Positions 13,231-25,925 of a stretch of DNA of 64,000 nucleotides are shown here, piece after piece (the first letter of the stretch is position 1; the number at the start of each line of letters is the position of its first letter). A model generated the notes under the pieces. The model did not search any database and was not told the origin of the DNA. It was given only the letters and a program-made list of their open reading frames with translations. Source of the stretch: Camelus dromedarius (lineage: Eukaryota); assembly GCF_036321535.1 (NCBI RefSeq), contig NC_087447.1, positions 12,586,001 through 12,650,000 of the forward strand. Direction: 5' to 3'. Made by a program: the position numbers and the translations under genes.

Positions 13231-13504
13231 AATTGCAGTTTAAGGATATGCTCATTTGTAATGACTAAGTGTCTGTGACAACCTACTGTTTAGAACCTAG
13301 AAATGAGAAACATTGGACTCTGCCTGTTGATAGAGTTCCCAGTTTCCATTTTTGAGGATCAACATCATTTAGTCTGTGGGACATTCCTTTAACTCATAAC
13401 AAAATTCCTTTTGGCTAGGCAAAGAGTTATGTCTCATTCTTAGCAACCAGAATGTTCTCATATCAAGATTTATAATCCTCTTTCAAAATGTGTTTTAAAA
13501 TCAC

Positions 13505-13544
13505 TGCAAAGTACTTACATTTTGCAAAGTACTTACATTTTGCA
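13505..13544. repeat. 18-bp tandem duplication TGCAAAGTACTTACATTT x2.2
   Basis: Read directly. Confidence 0.9.
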
Positions 13545-13674
13545 TAAATAATTGTATGCTTTCTTTTATTTTATAGTTCTGAGAACCACTGTGACTTTCA
13601 GGACCCAGATTTAAACTCAATATTGGTCACTGTGTTAATCAAAATGGTTGATGTATTTGTGGTCTCTCCTTTTT

Positions 13675-14033
13675 ATATATATATTTTTTTTGCATTTTTT
13701 TTTTATTGAAGTATAGTCAGTTTACAATGTTGTGTCAGTTTCTGGTGTACAGCATAATGTTTTAGTCACACAAGAACATGTATATTCATTTCCATATTCT
13801 TTTTCACCGTAAGTTACTACAAGATGTTGAATAGAGTTCCCTGTGCTATACAGTATGGACTTGTTGTTTATCAGATTTTGTGCGAATCCTCCTGTATTTT
13901 AAAGTGAGAGACACTCTGCCAGAGTTCAGCAGGTGTTCTGTGAGATTCAGTGGGTTTGTGGATGTAATTATTGGTGTATTTGTGGGACAGGCTGAGCTGT
14001 GAGTCTCTCTACTCTGCCATCTTGACACCTCCC
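13675..14033 (-). mobile_element. Short L1 derivative: 5'UTR head fused to 3'UTR tail
   Basis: Minus strand: GGGAGGTGTCAAGATGGCAGAGTAG...CACAAAATCTG joined to ATAAACAACAAG...CTATACTTCAATAAAAAAA. Imperfect TSD CTCCTTTTT (13666) vs CTCCTTCTT (14034). Confidence 0.7.
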
Positions 14034-14199
14034 CTCCTTCTTTTTTTAAATATTCTATTTATTTGTATCTATTTGTGATTTAAATTTTTTTATTTTTAAG
14101 TCTTTGGGTGAAACCAACCTCATAAATTCTTTACAGATAGGATAGACCATAAATCAACAGGTTTAAAAATAATCATAAGTAACACTCAATTATAGTTCA

Positions 14200-14380
14200 G
14201 TGCTCACTTTCACATCACTGCATGTTTAATCCTCACAAAGAAATTAGTTAGAAGATTATTGTCTCCATTTATAGCATTTGGAATCCTAGGCACAGCGAGA
14301 TTAAATGACTTACCCAAAGTCACTCAGCCACTTAGCAGTACAGAGGCAAATCCCTTGATTCCAAATTTTCTCTCCTTCCA
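14200..14380 (-). mobile_element. MIR
   Basis: TTTAATCCTCACAA...GGCACAGCGAGATTAAATGACTTACCCAAAGTCAC is the antisense MIR core. Confidence 0.75.
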
Positions 14381-16426
14381 ATTCACACTGCAATGATTAA
14401 ACCCCTTAACACGCTGCAAATGCTGGGATGATAAACTGATGAGCTTATTGCTATACGTGTTCATGGTGATCATGATGAGAGGATATGACTAATAACCCTT
14501 AATGTGGGTTTCCTCTGACATTTCAGGTAAACATGATCATTTGTCATCATTACAGTAGAGTTGTCTCACTGTTTCATGGAAAGCAGACAATTTTGATATA
14601 TGGAAGATCTATTTAGACTGTACTTTATGAATATATAAAATCCCAGATTATAAAAGCACACATGTTTATTACAAATAACTAGACAATGCAAAGAGATGTG
14701 ACAAAATAACTTGTATGAGTGTTATGTCTTAAGCCAAAGGGTTATTTATGTTTGTGTTTTTTATATTTCTTCTCAATAATTTTATACACATATATTATTA
14801 TACTTGATATAATAAAATTGTAATCATGTGCTGTATACAAATTTGAACATTGAGTTTTACTTGATAGTATAAGGTTTATGTTTCAAGCAGACTGTTTTTG
14901 TGAACACCATTTTAATGCAATTAATATTAATAATTAAATCATGCTTAAACTTAATTACAAAAATAATACATATTGATTATAAAAAACAGAGAAATACTGA
15001 AAATATATAAAAATGTGTAACTTTTCCCCTGATATTTTAACCTATTTCCTCCTGCTCTCTTTTAAGCAACCCTTTATTTTCCCACCAATTTGTGATGTTA
15101 CCTTTCATTGTACCCTAAATGAATCCATTTCTATTTCTTCTAATTTTTTTTACCAGTTTGTTTATGTATTTTAAACCAAATTCTTATCACTAATGTAGAT
15201 TTAAAATATATTTTAATTTCTGATAGAAAAATTCCATCTGTATTGTTTTTGCTTCCAAATTCATCTTAGGAGAACACAAATCAGATATTTATAGCTATTC
15301 AATATTTTTACCTAAGATATTATGCATACGAGTGTTCAATCTAGAAAGTATATGCACACATAAACATGAAACTCCAATCTAGCTTTCCATACATTACATA
15401 TCTATTATAAATTATATGACAAATATGGAGAAATATCTTAGTAATATTGTTTTAGTTCGGTCCCCAGGTCTGATGGCAGATGTATGCAGTGAAGCCCACA
15501 GAGATGGGATGGAAGGTGTAGGAGAGTTAAGTTTTTTGGCTGGAAAAGTGGCCCACAGTCAAGGAGAAAAGCATTTAACCTGTGCACTTTAATGTTGTGT
15601 ATTTATTAACTTTTTACACAAACAGTTATTTTTGCACTTTACCTTTTATTAGGTTTCCATTATGCACGTTATTTTTCCACAAAGGTGTCTAAATGCAGAC
15701 TCTTACCCCTAACTATGTTGTCCTTTGCCAGGAATTGTCCTCCAAATACACATTCTCTTCCACTGTGAGTAATTTCAAGACACTGAGAAAAAATTCTATA
15801 TTGATCCAAGTTAAAATATGTCTTAAGTTTTTAAATAATCAGAAGAAAAATTTCCAAGCTTCATTGCACTGGAGAAATTCACAGTGGAAAAATCACTCAA
15901 ATTTGATGGTAAAAGAGACAGCCAATATTTTGGTGAAGTATTTGCCCCAGATAAAGTAAATTAGTAACCGTATTAAGGTATGATAAGCTCATAGAAATCA
16001 TATGAAGTACAAAAACATTATCATATAAATTAATATTGAAGGCTAACTATAAAAATTAATAAAAGCCCCAAATGCTGAAATTAATGAGTAAAATTGTTAA
16101 TAATCACAAATATGAAATATCATACTGTTTTGTGTATCTACATTTAAGAGAGTTCAAAATGACTGGCACTATATACTTTGATTGTGTCAGGAAAAATAAT
16201 ATACAGTTTTTCTGGAAGTCAACTTAATGTTGTGTTTTCAGGAGTCTTAAAAATGTTCTACACTTTTACTTTGTAAGTCCTACTTTAAAAATTTTACTTT
16301 GTAAGTCCTATTTTTTTTTTTAAAATGTGTTGAAGGCATACAAAGAAATGTGGGTAAAATTTTCGTAGTAAGATTTGTTTTATAGCTGAGAAGAAGGAAA
16401 GAAGTGATGTATTAATACAGGCAGCC

Positions 16427-16652
16427 CAGGAGGGTGGGAAGGGATAGACGGGATTTCAAAATGTAGAGTAGATAAACAAGATTATACTGTATAGCACAGG
16501 GAAATATATACAAGATCTTACGGTAGCTCACAGAGAAAAAAATGTGACAATGAATAGATATATGTTCATGCATAACTGAAAATGGTGCTCTACACTGGAA
16601 TTTGACACAACATTGTAAAATGATTATAAACCAATAAAAAAGGTTAAAAAAA
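16427..16652 (+). mobile_element. 5'-truncated young L1 3' end
   Basis: ACTGTATAGCACAGGGAA...CCAATAAAAAA. 13-bp TSD AATACAGGCAGCC (16414, 16653). The paralogous site at ~27724 is empty. Confidence 0.88.
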
Positions 16653-16656
16653 AATA

Positions 16657-16770
16657 CAGGCAGCCTCACTTTGCACGATCTCCTGTAACTGAAATTGGTG
16701 GAACCTGGAAATGGCTTTGCTTTGTGTGGATCTGCATGACCACAGCGCTGTGCAAAGTGGGGTCTTCCTG
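16657..16770. mobile_element. ~115-bp TcMar/Tigger-type MITE (unit 1 copy)
   Basis: Imperfect TIRs CAGGCAGCCTCACTTTGCAC and GTGCAAAGTGGGGTCTTCCTG, with TA on the left. Confidence 0.6.
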
Positions 16771-18790
16771 CATTCAGTACGGTTAGGCATAGACGTATGC
16801 AAATAGAACTGAGGTTGGCTGTATGTAACTAGAAACCCTGGAAAGCTGTGTTGCCTGTGATCAGAGAGGAAAGTTTGAATATTATGTGACAGATTTTGCA
16901 TTAGAATGTGTATAGACAGTAAAATGAAGATTCCAGTTAAGGGAAGGGAAAATCACTTTGCATAGCTCTTTATGGAAAAAGAAGTGTTTGATAAGTTTGT
17001 AATATATGAGAATTAAGGAAACATAAAATTTGTTTTTTATATCCATGTACTGATTTTCCATGATAAACAATTATTTCTTATATAGGCAAGAAAACAAGCA
17101 AACAAAACCTACGTATTTTCAATTCATCCAGATCCCAAGATGCAAAGTTAAAGGGTCTTTATTTATTATTAGAATTTAAATATGAAAGTAGGAAAAAGCA
17201 GAGGTTCAAAACCTGTTCTATAAAAGTGTTGAACCAAATGGTCATCCATGTGTCCTCTAATTCAAGCTTCTATTATTTTCCCCCTTAAAACTGTTGTGCT
17301 TCTGAATAGGTTGAATTTCTTCAGTTGTAAACAAAGCTATAATTTTATATTTGTTAAGGAGGTGATGGGGCAAGTAAATCATTCTCTATCCATAGTGTTT
17401 TAATCTGGAAAACAAAATTTTTCTTTCATTCAGAAGTTTACTTCTTAAGAGAAAATTCATCCAAAAAGTTTTTTTTCATCTCCTCAAGCTTAAACATCAT
17501 TATCAGTTTCCTAGCATACAATGACATTGAGATGAAGTGACACAAATTAATGCTGATTTCCAATAAATAATGTCGATGGATCAATGTTTTCTGTGTTGAA
17601 TTTATATCTACTCACATATTCACACATGTACCCAATGGAATGAACACTCTCGATAGATTGAGCTTTACTGAGGATGTAGGAAAATTTGAGTACTCAGTTG
17701 TTGGTAATTTCACACATCACTACATCCAAAAAAGAAAGAAATATAAAGAGAAGGAAAAATAAAACTTTAGAAATCTACCTTAATATAGTATATGATCAGA
17801 AATAATAACTTTCATATTAAAGAATTTCTTAAGGAAGGAAAAAAAAAAACTCCCTAAATTTTAAAAGGAGGTAATGTCATAAAATGTCACATATCAATGT
17901 CAAGTTATATTATGCTTGTCAATAAAGACCAGTTTCAAAAGAATATCCGGCGATCTGGAACATGCTTATGCTGCTATTTTGTTGTAAAACACTAAAACCA
18001 AATCTTCATGTGCACTTGAGCAGCTGCTAAGTCAAAAAAAACTCTTTGTGGGAAGACAAGAAATGAAAGGTAATATGTAACCTGTAAGAACAGTTACTAA
18101 TGTTGTAGGGACAGATGATATAAAACCCTTCTCTAAAAAAGGAAAATTCTGAATCAGAAGCAAGTATCCGTTATTGAGAAAGGAATCTGTATTGGTTAAA
18201 AGAAACCAATGAAATAAACTGTGGGATCATTAAAAGATGTACACTATCAGGTTCTTTGCTGAAATAATGAAACACATACAGTTTTATATTCCAGAGAAAT
18301 AGACTAAGAAATGTACCAAAAGTGCAGTAAAAAATGATCAAAATTTGAGATTTGAGTTTCTTTTGAGAAGATAATCAGTTTCCAGGAAAGGGAACTATGT
18401 ATATATCCTATGAAGGTAAATCATTTTCATATTCATAAAATGCATTGCAATACACTTGACTTTGCTGGTAAGAGTGGCTCAGCCAGGCTTAAATATTGCT
18501 GACCTAGGAAGTGAAAGGAAGAAACTTTATGCTAACTAATCTACCGGAGTAAGTTCTTGAGTGAGACTAAAACAATGACTCTGCTTAAGCGTAAACAGCT
18601 CACTTCTGTTGCTGTGTTTCCATCAACCGTCATTTCCAAACAATTTTCTCCTTCATTGTTTCCATTAGACTCTTACCTGATCCCAAACTCTGCAAATATA
18701 TATATTGTATGACTGTTATCCCAGAGAATTGCATTCAGGCAGACCTACAAGGGATAATTTTGTATTGTTTTTGAGACTTTTTTTTTCCCC

Positions 18791-19436
18791 CCATTGGGAG
18801 CCTGTTGAAATAGAATTTTTCTCCATTATACCAAGGTTTCTCACAAATATTCTTCTTAAAGCCTGTTTCACATCCTTGTTCCTAAGGCAATGGAGAAATG
18901 GATTCAGCCTGGAACCCACAAAAATACAAATGCTACCACAGTTTTTACTTGCTCAACAAATCACTCATTTAGTGGTCGTGGATACATGCCTCTATAAAAC
19001 ACACTGACAGCTGTCAGGTGGGAGCCACAGGTGGGGAAGACTTTTCTCTGCCTTTCATTGGAATAAACCTTCATAATGGTGATAAAAATGAAATGCAAGA
19101 GATGAGTATGATAAGGAGGGAACCTGTGAGGTTAATCCCTGTGGACACAAACAGGGCAGTTTGCTTTATATAAGTATCAGAACACATCAACATTAAGAGG
19201 GCTGGTCAGCACAGTAGAAATGGTTGATGGCGTTGGGTCCTCAAAAAGATAAGTGAGAGGTCAGTATTACCTGCACGGTGGCCACCATGGACCCCCAGAG
19301 GTAGGGGAGAGTGACCAGGCAAATGCAAAATGGCCTGCACATTCTGCTGTTGTAATGTGGGGGACTGCAGATGACCATGGGCTGACCATATCCACGGCAC
19401 TGAGCAGGTAAGACTCAGTGAGGAGCAGAGTCATGA
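18791..19436 (-). pseudogene. OR5M13-like pseudogene, 5'-truncated and heavily decayed
   Basis: Homologous to 30026-30690. Reads [13 protein letters not shown], has an in-frame TGA at 18961-18963 and frameshifts, and keeps [13 protein letters not shown]. Homology stops at about TM3 (~19436). Confidence 0.88.
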
Positions 19437-19504
19437 ATGTTCAGAAAGAACTCTCCTAAGTGTTTCTTTTGCCCACTCCAATGTACTACTTACAGCTCCT
19501 CATC

Positions 19505-19625
19505 TAAGCCCTTTTCTCCCCCTCCCCCTTCCCTCCCCTTCTCCCTCTTCCTCGCCTCCTCCTTCCTCTGTCTTCCCCTCATCTCCTCCTCCCCCTCCCC
19601 TTCTTTTTTCTCCTCCTCCTCAATC
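19505..19625. repeat. CT-rich low-complexity tract
   Basis: Read directly; lies next to the pseudogene truncation point. Confidence 0.8.
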
Positions 19626-19924
19626 TTCTTCCAGGCTTTCTTGATACTGGAAACAAGTAAATGAGTGGTGATCAGAGATAAGCCAGCTAGCCTTCTGAAT
19701 TCCATTCTTGATGTAATTGTTTAAAAAAAAACAAAAAACTGTTCAGGTGAAGAATGGGCTTGAAGAAAACCTGAGCTTTCAATGCTTAGCTTCTGACTTG
19801 CTTTAATATAACTAGGAAGACTCCTGATAGCATTGTGCCTCTGTTGTTGTGTATTAAGAGTACCTCAGTATTACACTTCCAGTGAACAATTGGATCTGCT
19901 TGACTTCGATGAAAGTGAAACTTA

Positions 19925-20880
19925 CCTTTAAATCAATTTTGGTGAGGTAAATTTACTTAGAGTAAAATGTAGAAATTTTTAATGTAGTTGGACAAATGTG
20001 CACAGCCATACAATCATAAATCAAGTTTTCAAGGCTACTATGCAGGTAGGGAGAGGGCGTGGGAATAGGGTGCAAAAAAAAAAAAAAAAAACACACACAC
20101 AAAACTCACTTTCAGTGAGATTCTGATATTTTTAGTTGAATAAATACTCCTAGGATTTTTGTAAGCCTTCAGTTACTATCCAGAATTCTGAAAAGTTAAT
20201 TTCAAGTTTCACCAGTGTTTTCATGGGAGAGCAGACTTTGGGAGGCCATCACACTTCATTCAGAAGTTGAACTCCTTTTAATACAATGGTTTTGTGATTC
20301 ATTTAAGTTATATTAGTACTTTGTTCATTTTTTTATTTCTGTGTAGTATTCTATTATATGGGTATATCAGAATTTGTTTATCTATATATCTGCCAACATA
20401 TGTTTGAGTTTCTTTGTGAATATATGCATTCTTTGTTCTTGGACAAAACCCTAATACTTTCTAGGTCTTACTTGTATAAGGGACTAAAACACTTTAAGTA
20501 ATTTTAGAAGAAAAAACTAGTTTTCCAAAGAAGCTGAATTATTTTACACTCCATCAAGTGATGTATTATGACAGTTAATTTAAATTGTCATTGCCAATAT
20601 TTTGGCAATCTTTTTAATTCTTTAATTGATGGGGTTGTGAAGTGGTATATCTAGGTAGTTATAATTTACATTTTTTTGACAATTATAAATATTGAAATTC
20701 TTTTCATATGGTTATTGGAGATTCATATTTTCTTTTATGAAGTATCTGTTCACATCTTAGACTTGTTAAAAATTGGTCTGGTTGTATTTTGATCAGTGAG
20801 TAGTGGAGGGTCTTTATGTATTCTGAATAGAAGTGCTTGTTAAAATTACTGAATATGAGCGTTTTTTTCCTAATCTGTGG
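19925..20880 (-). mobile_element. Old L1 (L1ME/L1MC-like) fragments with a nested L1 5'-end piece at ~20030-20275
   Basis: TTTTGGTGAGGTAAATTTAC..., GTAGTATTCTATTATATG, GTGAAGTGGTATATC and TGAATAAATACTCC...GAATTCTGAAAAGTT resemble antisense L1. Confidence 0.55.
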
Positions 20881-21179
20881 CTTTCCTAGACTTTCTGCTC
20901 CTCAGATCTCTTCCACACTTCACATTTCTACTTCTCATTTTCATCAGGTGACCTCATCTTAGTGTTTATAAAGAAACAAAGCTTTTGGTTGGAATTCCCT
21001 CTTCCATACTATAACCTAAAAACTAAACTTCTCTTTCTTCATCCCATGGTGCTAAAATTAATGGCTAATTTCTCTGTCTATGCTAAAGATTTCACACACA
21101 GTATGAAGCACTGTAAATACGTTATATAGTGATATTGACCTCAGAGGAGAACCTAGCTCCCAAAGCATCAAATTGTCAT

Positions 21180-21325
21180 TACGCTTTTGAGAATCAAAGA
21201 CAATTTTAATTGTTTTCTAGGATGATTTTTAGAATAGTCTAGGGAATACACTTAGGAAATACATTATAAATCTTCCCGCATTGTTTTTTTGAAAATATAG
21301 TAGGTCCGCTTTTACAGGTAGGTCA
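21180..21325 (+). promoter_or_regulatory. Candidate promoter and first non-coding exon of OR5M10-like b
   Basis: TAATTG (21207), CTAGGGAA, TATAAA (21265), CAG|GTAGGT (GT 21318). Conserved with 10880-11020. Confidence 0.5.
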
Positions 21326-22296
21326 TTTCATACATTTGTTCACTAAATATATGTTTTGTTCTTATGTGTGGAGTTTAATATTTCACCGTGTGGAAAACTT
21401 GCATCTAAAAGTACCTCACCCTTATTTTTCTTCATTTTTTTTTGTACTTGCTTCTAACTGACATCGTGTGATGTATCTTTATCTGTGTGTTTAACATCTA
21501 TTCCTTCTCCTACAATATATGCTCCATGAGGTTGGGGGATCTGTTCATTGCTGTAACACCAGACACTAAAACAGGAAAAAACAATTCAATCTCTGCAGTG
21601 TAAATGAATAAATGAGTGTGTGAATTCACACAGAGCAGAGAGAAAAAATCTTCGTTCCATAGCTTCTTAGCCATATGTTGAGATAAAATTCACCAATTCA
21701 GCATCCTCTGAATGAAATCAAGCCAGACAGCAATGCGGCTCAGGTGAAAATGCTGTACTGAACATGAATCTTCTGTTTTGTATCTGAACATTAGTCTATC
21801 AGAGCTGCTGACATCCTAGAAATTCAAACTCCTTCATTTGTCCATTTGAGTGATGCTAATGACCTGATGCTTTTCATAACTGATTTTCATTCTTTTGCCT
21901 TATTTTTCCCCACAAAGTTTAAAAAAATATCAAATGTGAAGTTCTCCAAGAAGACAGGTATAAATGTATGAATATATGTATTAAAATATGCAATATTCTT
22001 AGAGTATATCCATATACAGTATTATTTAGTATTAATAATGAATTAATCATATATATATATACTGAAGGGAGAGAAAGAGAGAGCTTTTGCTATAGAAAGG
22101 GAGACAGCAGTAACCCAGAGATACAGGAAAAATGTTTGTGTAGAAATTCTGATGTATTTGTTGAAAGAAAAGCCTGATTTCTACATAGATAAATAGGTCA
22201 ATGAGTAAATATAAAATGGATGGAATAAATGCAGAAGCTGCATCAGACAAAACTCCTCACTTTCTTTGTCACTTCCAGTTTTCAATGGTTAAAAAA

Positions 22297-23244
22297 ATGT
22301 CTTCCCCAAACCACACTCTGGTGACAGAATTCATTCTCCTGGGACTCACAGACAACCCAGTGTCAGAGAAGACCCTGTTTGGGGTGTTTCTGGTGATCTA
22401 CCTAATCACGCTGACAGGGAACCTGGGCATGATCGTGCTGATCAGGACAAACGCCCACCTCCAAACCCCCATGTACTTCTTCCTCAGCCACCTGTCCTTT
22501 GTAGACATTTGCTATTCCTCCAACATCACTCCAAATATGCTGTACAATTTCCTCTCAGACCAGAAGACCATCTCCTATGCTGGATGCTTCACACAGTGTC
22601 TGCTCTTCATTGCCCTGGTGATCACTGAGTTTTATATCCTTGCTTCAATGGCGTTGGATCGCTATGTGGCCATTTGCAGCCCTTTACATTACAGCTCCAG
22701 GATGTCCAAGAGCATCTGCCTCTCTCTAGTCACAGTCCCTTACACTTTTGGCTTCCTTAATGGGCTCTCTCAGGCACTGCTGACTTTCCACTTGTCCTTC
22801 TGTGGCTCCCGTGAAATCAATCATTTCTACTGTGCTGACCCTCCTCTCATGATGCTGGCCTGCTCTGACACCCGAGTCAAGAAGATGGCGATGTTTGCAG
22901 TTGCTGGTTTTACCCTCTCCAGCTCTCTCCTCATCATTCTCCTGTCCTACCTTTTCATCATTGCCAGCATCTTGAGGATCCGCTCTGCAGAAGGCAGGCA
23001 CAAAGCCTTTTCTACTTGTGGTTCCCACCTGACAACAGTCACTATATTTTATGGAACCCTCTTTTGCATGTACCTAAGGCCCCCGTCTGAGAAGTCTGTA
23101 GAGCAGTCCAAAATAATTGCAGTCTTTTATACTTTTTTGAGCCCAATGCTCAACCCATTGATCTACAGTTTACGGAATAAGCACGTGATCCGTGCCATGA
23201 AGCAAATGATTAAGGGAAATACCTTTCATAGAATTGGACTTTAG
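22297..23244 (+). CDS. OR5M10: Olfactory receptor OR5M10/OR5M1-like, copy b (315 aa, intact)
   Basis: Same family motifs as copy a, with canonical [18 protein letters not shown] and a full tail (TFHRIGL). Acceptor AG at 22277-22278. An in-frame ATG at 22285 could add 4 aa. Confidence 0.92.
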   Translation: MSSPNHTLVTEFILLGLTDNPVSEKTLFGVFLVIYLITLTGNLGMIVLIRTNAHLQTPMYFFLSHLSFVDICYSSNITPNMLYNFLSDQKTISYAGCFTQCLLFIALVITEFYILASMALDRYVAICSPLHYSSRMSKSICLSLVTVPYTFGFLNGLSQALLTFHLSFCGSREINHFYCADPPLMMLACSDTRVKKMAMFAVAGFTLSSSLLIILLSYLFIIASILRIRSAEGRHKAFSTCGSHLTTVTIFYGTLFCMYLRPPSEKSVEQSKIIAVFYTFLSPMLNPLIYSLRNKHVIRAMKQMIKGNTFHRIGL

Positions 23245-25179
23245 CCGTCTGTTTGTTTGTGATTACTAAGTGTCTGTAATAACATAGTGATTCCCTCCAA
23301 AAGAAAACCTAGTCTTTTATAGTCATTATTTGCTTGTCTTCATAAAATCTCCTTAAAATTAATACCTTCAAGACAAATTATTTTAATAAAAATTTTAATG
23401 TTGAAATGAAAATATAGTTTCTTTAGTGAAGAACCTCTGAAAATAAATTGAGTAATATTCAGTAATTCCGTATAACAATTTAACACATTTACTTACTTGA
23501 ATGTAAATATAATTAACTCATTCTAATGGTAACATTAGAAATTCATCTCATTTGAATTTAATAGTCTACAGAACTACCATGAGGCTCTAAACTGAGTGAT
23601 TAAGTTTTACACTTCATTTTTTTAGAAATGTTATGAGCTAATTTATTCTTCAATCTGTGATATAGAACAATGGCTCCAGTGCCTGATTAATCTCTAGATT
23701 CACCTTGGGGAAATTTTAAATATATGGATCTCCCAACGCTTTAAACTTTAATTTAATTTTTTCCCCAGCTCACATCATAGATATCCTGAGAAACTTTTTG
23801 TCCATTTGTAAATATTGGGTTCTGCTCCTCAATATTGAAAATAAATTATCAACGTCTCTATGAGTTTCCAGGGATATGGATCCAATTCAGGTATCAAAAA
23901 GTACAATGGTATTCTAGGTGTACTTTTAATGTAGTTGCTCTGACTCAGGTCTAATTTATCAAGAGTCAATAGAGTCTATCAATTGGTCTGTAGATCAGAA
24001 AATTGCCTTGAAACAATATACAAATGAGTAAGCGTTTACCCACCTCTCTGGAAGAAAACACCCAATGTTTACTTTGGTTTATAAATCTATCTGTGAAACA
24101 TTATTTTCTAGATAAGACTATGCTAGTAGTTCTCAAATTTTCAATTGAGAAAAGCAATAGTATAGAAGCGTATATAAAGAGATACATGATTCATTCACAT
24201 TGTACGTGCATTAGTGGTCAACCAGATGATTGCATATTGAAACATTGATTTAACTTTCTTTACACTGCTTTAAATGTTTGTATTCTAATATTGTGCACTC
24301 TGTTTTTAACTAAGACCACAATACTAAATGCTTGTATGAAATCAATTTCTAAATTTACTGTAATGTGTTCAAATTAGTTTCCAAAAAATCATCCAGGTGA
24401 ACTGCAGTTTTAGAAAATTGAACTTCATTCTCAAGTCTCAGTTGATTGAATAAGGCTGATCCTAGTGAATATGTCCACTATAGATAAATAAATATAGGGA
24501 CAGATGTGAGAAAGTAACATTTACCAGTGATATGTCCTAAACCAAAGGACAATTTCTGTATATATTTTGTTAAATTTTTTCAATAAATTGATATGCTTAT
24601 ATATTCTTTTAATTAATAAGACACAATTGGAATAATATGCCATATTCCAGTTTGAATATTAATTTTCACTTGATAGTATAATGTTTATATTTTCATACAG
24701 ACTAAATTTTTAGTGAACGTAATTTTTAATATAGTATAATACACAGCATCAAATTACACTTGAACTTAATTATAAAAATATTACTTTTCAATTGTAGAAA
24801 AGAAAATTGAAAATACTGAAAGATATTTCAATTTTGGAATAAAGTTTAGTTTCAATTTTGAATAAAAGCACAATTTATTTGTAATCTCTTATTAAAAGAG
24901 ACCTTCTCTCGGCATCTGATGTTTTTTTTTCATTTGTTTATTTCAGAAACCATTATTCTGTCATATTTATCCTGGTTATTTTTACAACTGTCATATATAT
25001 CTATGTATATATCTTTCTGATGTTTCTTTAGGATAGATTCCTAAATGTGGAAATGCTGACTTAAATGCTAAATTTTTCTATGGGTAAATTTTTCTCTAGA
25101 AGGCATCAACCATGTACACTTATGACTAGTAATGTTTGAGAGTAAACATTTCACTGTATTTTTCTTTTTCCTTTTTTCT

Positions 25180-25925
25180 TTTTTTAAATTGAATCATAGT
25201 TGATTTACAGTATTATATTAGTTTCAGGTGTACAACATAGTGATTCAATGTTTTTATGGATTATACTCCATTTAAAGTTATTGTATATGAGTTCATTAGT
25301 GTCTTCTTTTTTCTTTCTTTAGAGTCCACATATGAGTGATATAATATGGTATTTTCTTTCTCTTTCTGGCTTAACTTTACTTAGAATGATGATCTCCAGG
25401 TCCATCCACGTTGCTTCAAATGGCATTATTTTATTCTTTTTTATGGCTGAGTGGTATACAAAATAGAAACAGACTCGCAGACATAGTAAACAATCTTATG
25501 TTTACTGGTGGAAAAGACGATGGGAAAGGATAAATTTGGGAGTTTGAGATTTGTAAATATTAACTACTATATATAAAAATAGACAAAAAACCAAACTTCT
25601 TCTTTACAGCACAGGAAACTATAGTCAATATCTTATAATAACTTCTAGTGAAAAAGAATATGAAAATGAATATATGTATACATATGTATGACTGGGGCAT
25701 TGTGCTGTACACCAGAGATTGACACATTGTAACTTGAATATACTTTAATTCAAAAAAAATAAAAAAAGAAAGTGATGGTAAAATCTTCACTATATTCCTT
25801 ATAATGTAAAATATATTTTTATAACTTATTTTATGCATAGTAGTTTGTACCTCTAATCTCATACCCATGTCTTGCTCCTTCCCCTGTCCTTTTCCCATTG
25901 GTAGCCACTAATTTGCCTTCAGAAT
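25180..25925 (-). mobile_element. L1 3' end, host of a nested insertion
   Basis: TTGAATCATAGTTGATTTACAG...ATACTCCATTTAAAGTTAT resumes after 25768 as ...CTATATTCC...TAGTAGTTTGTACCTC...GGTAGCCACTAATTTG. Confidence 0.7.
25284..25768 (+). mobile_element. 5'-inverted (twin-primed) L1 3' end
   Basis: 25284-25452 is antisense L1 3'UTR; 25453-25768 is the sense continuation with a poly(A) tail. Imperfect TSD AAAGTTATTG vs AAAGTGATGG. Confidence 0.72.

Larger units (their letters stand above)
10540..19436. repeat. Tandem segmental duplication, unit 1 (OR5M10-like + OR5M13-like)
   Basis: Collinear homology with 20873-30690, e.g. 11750-12035 vs 21675-21965, 14600-15000 vs 24450-24830, 16650-19436 vs 27720-30690. 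About 75-80% identity by eye. Confidence 0.9.
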
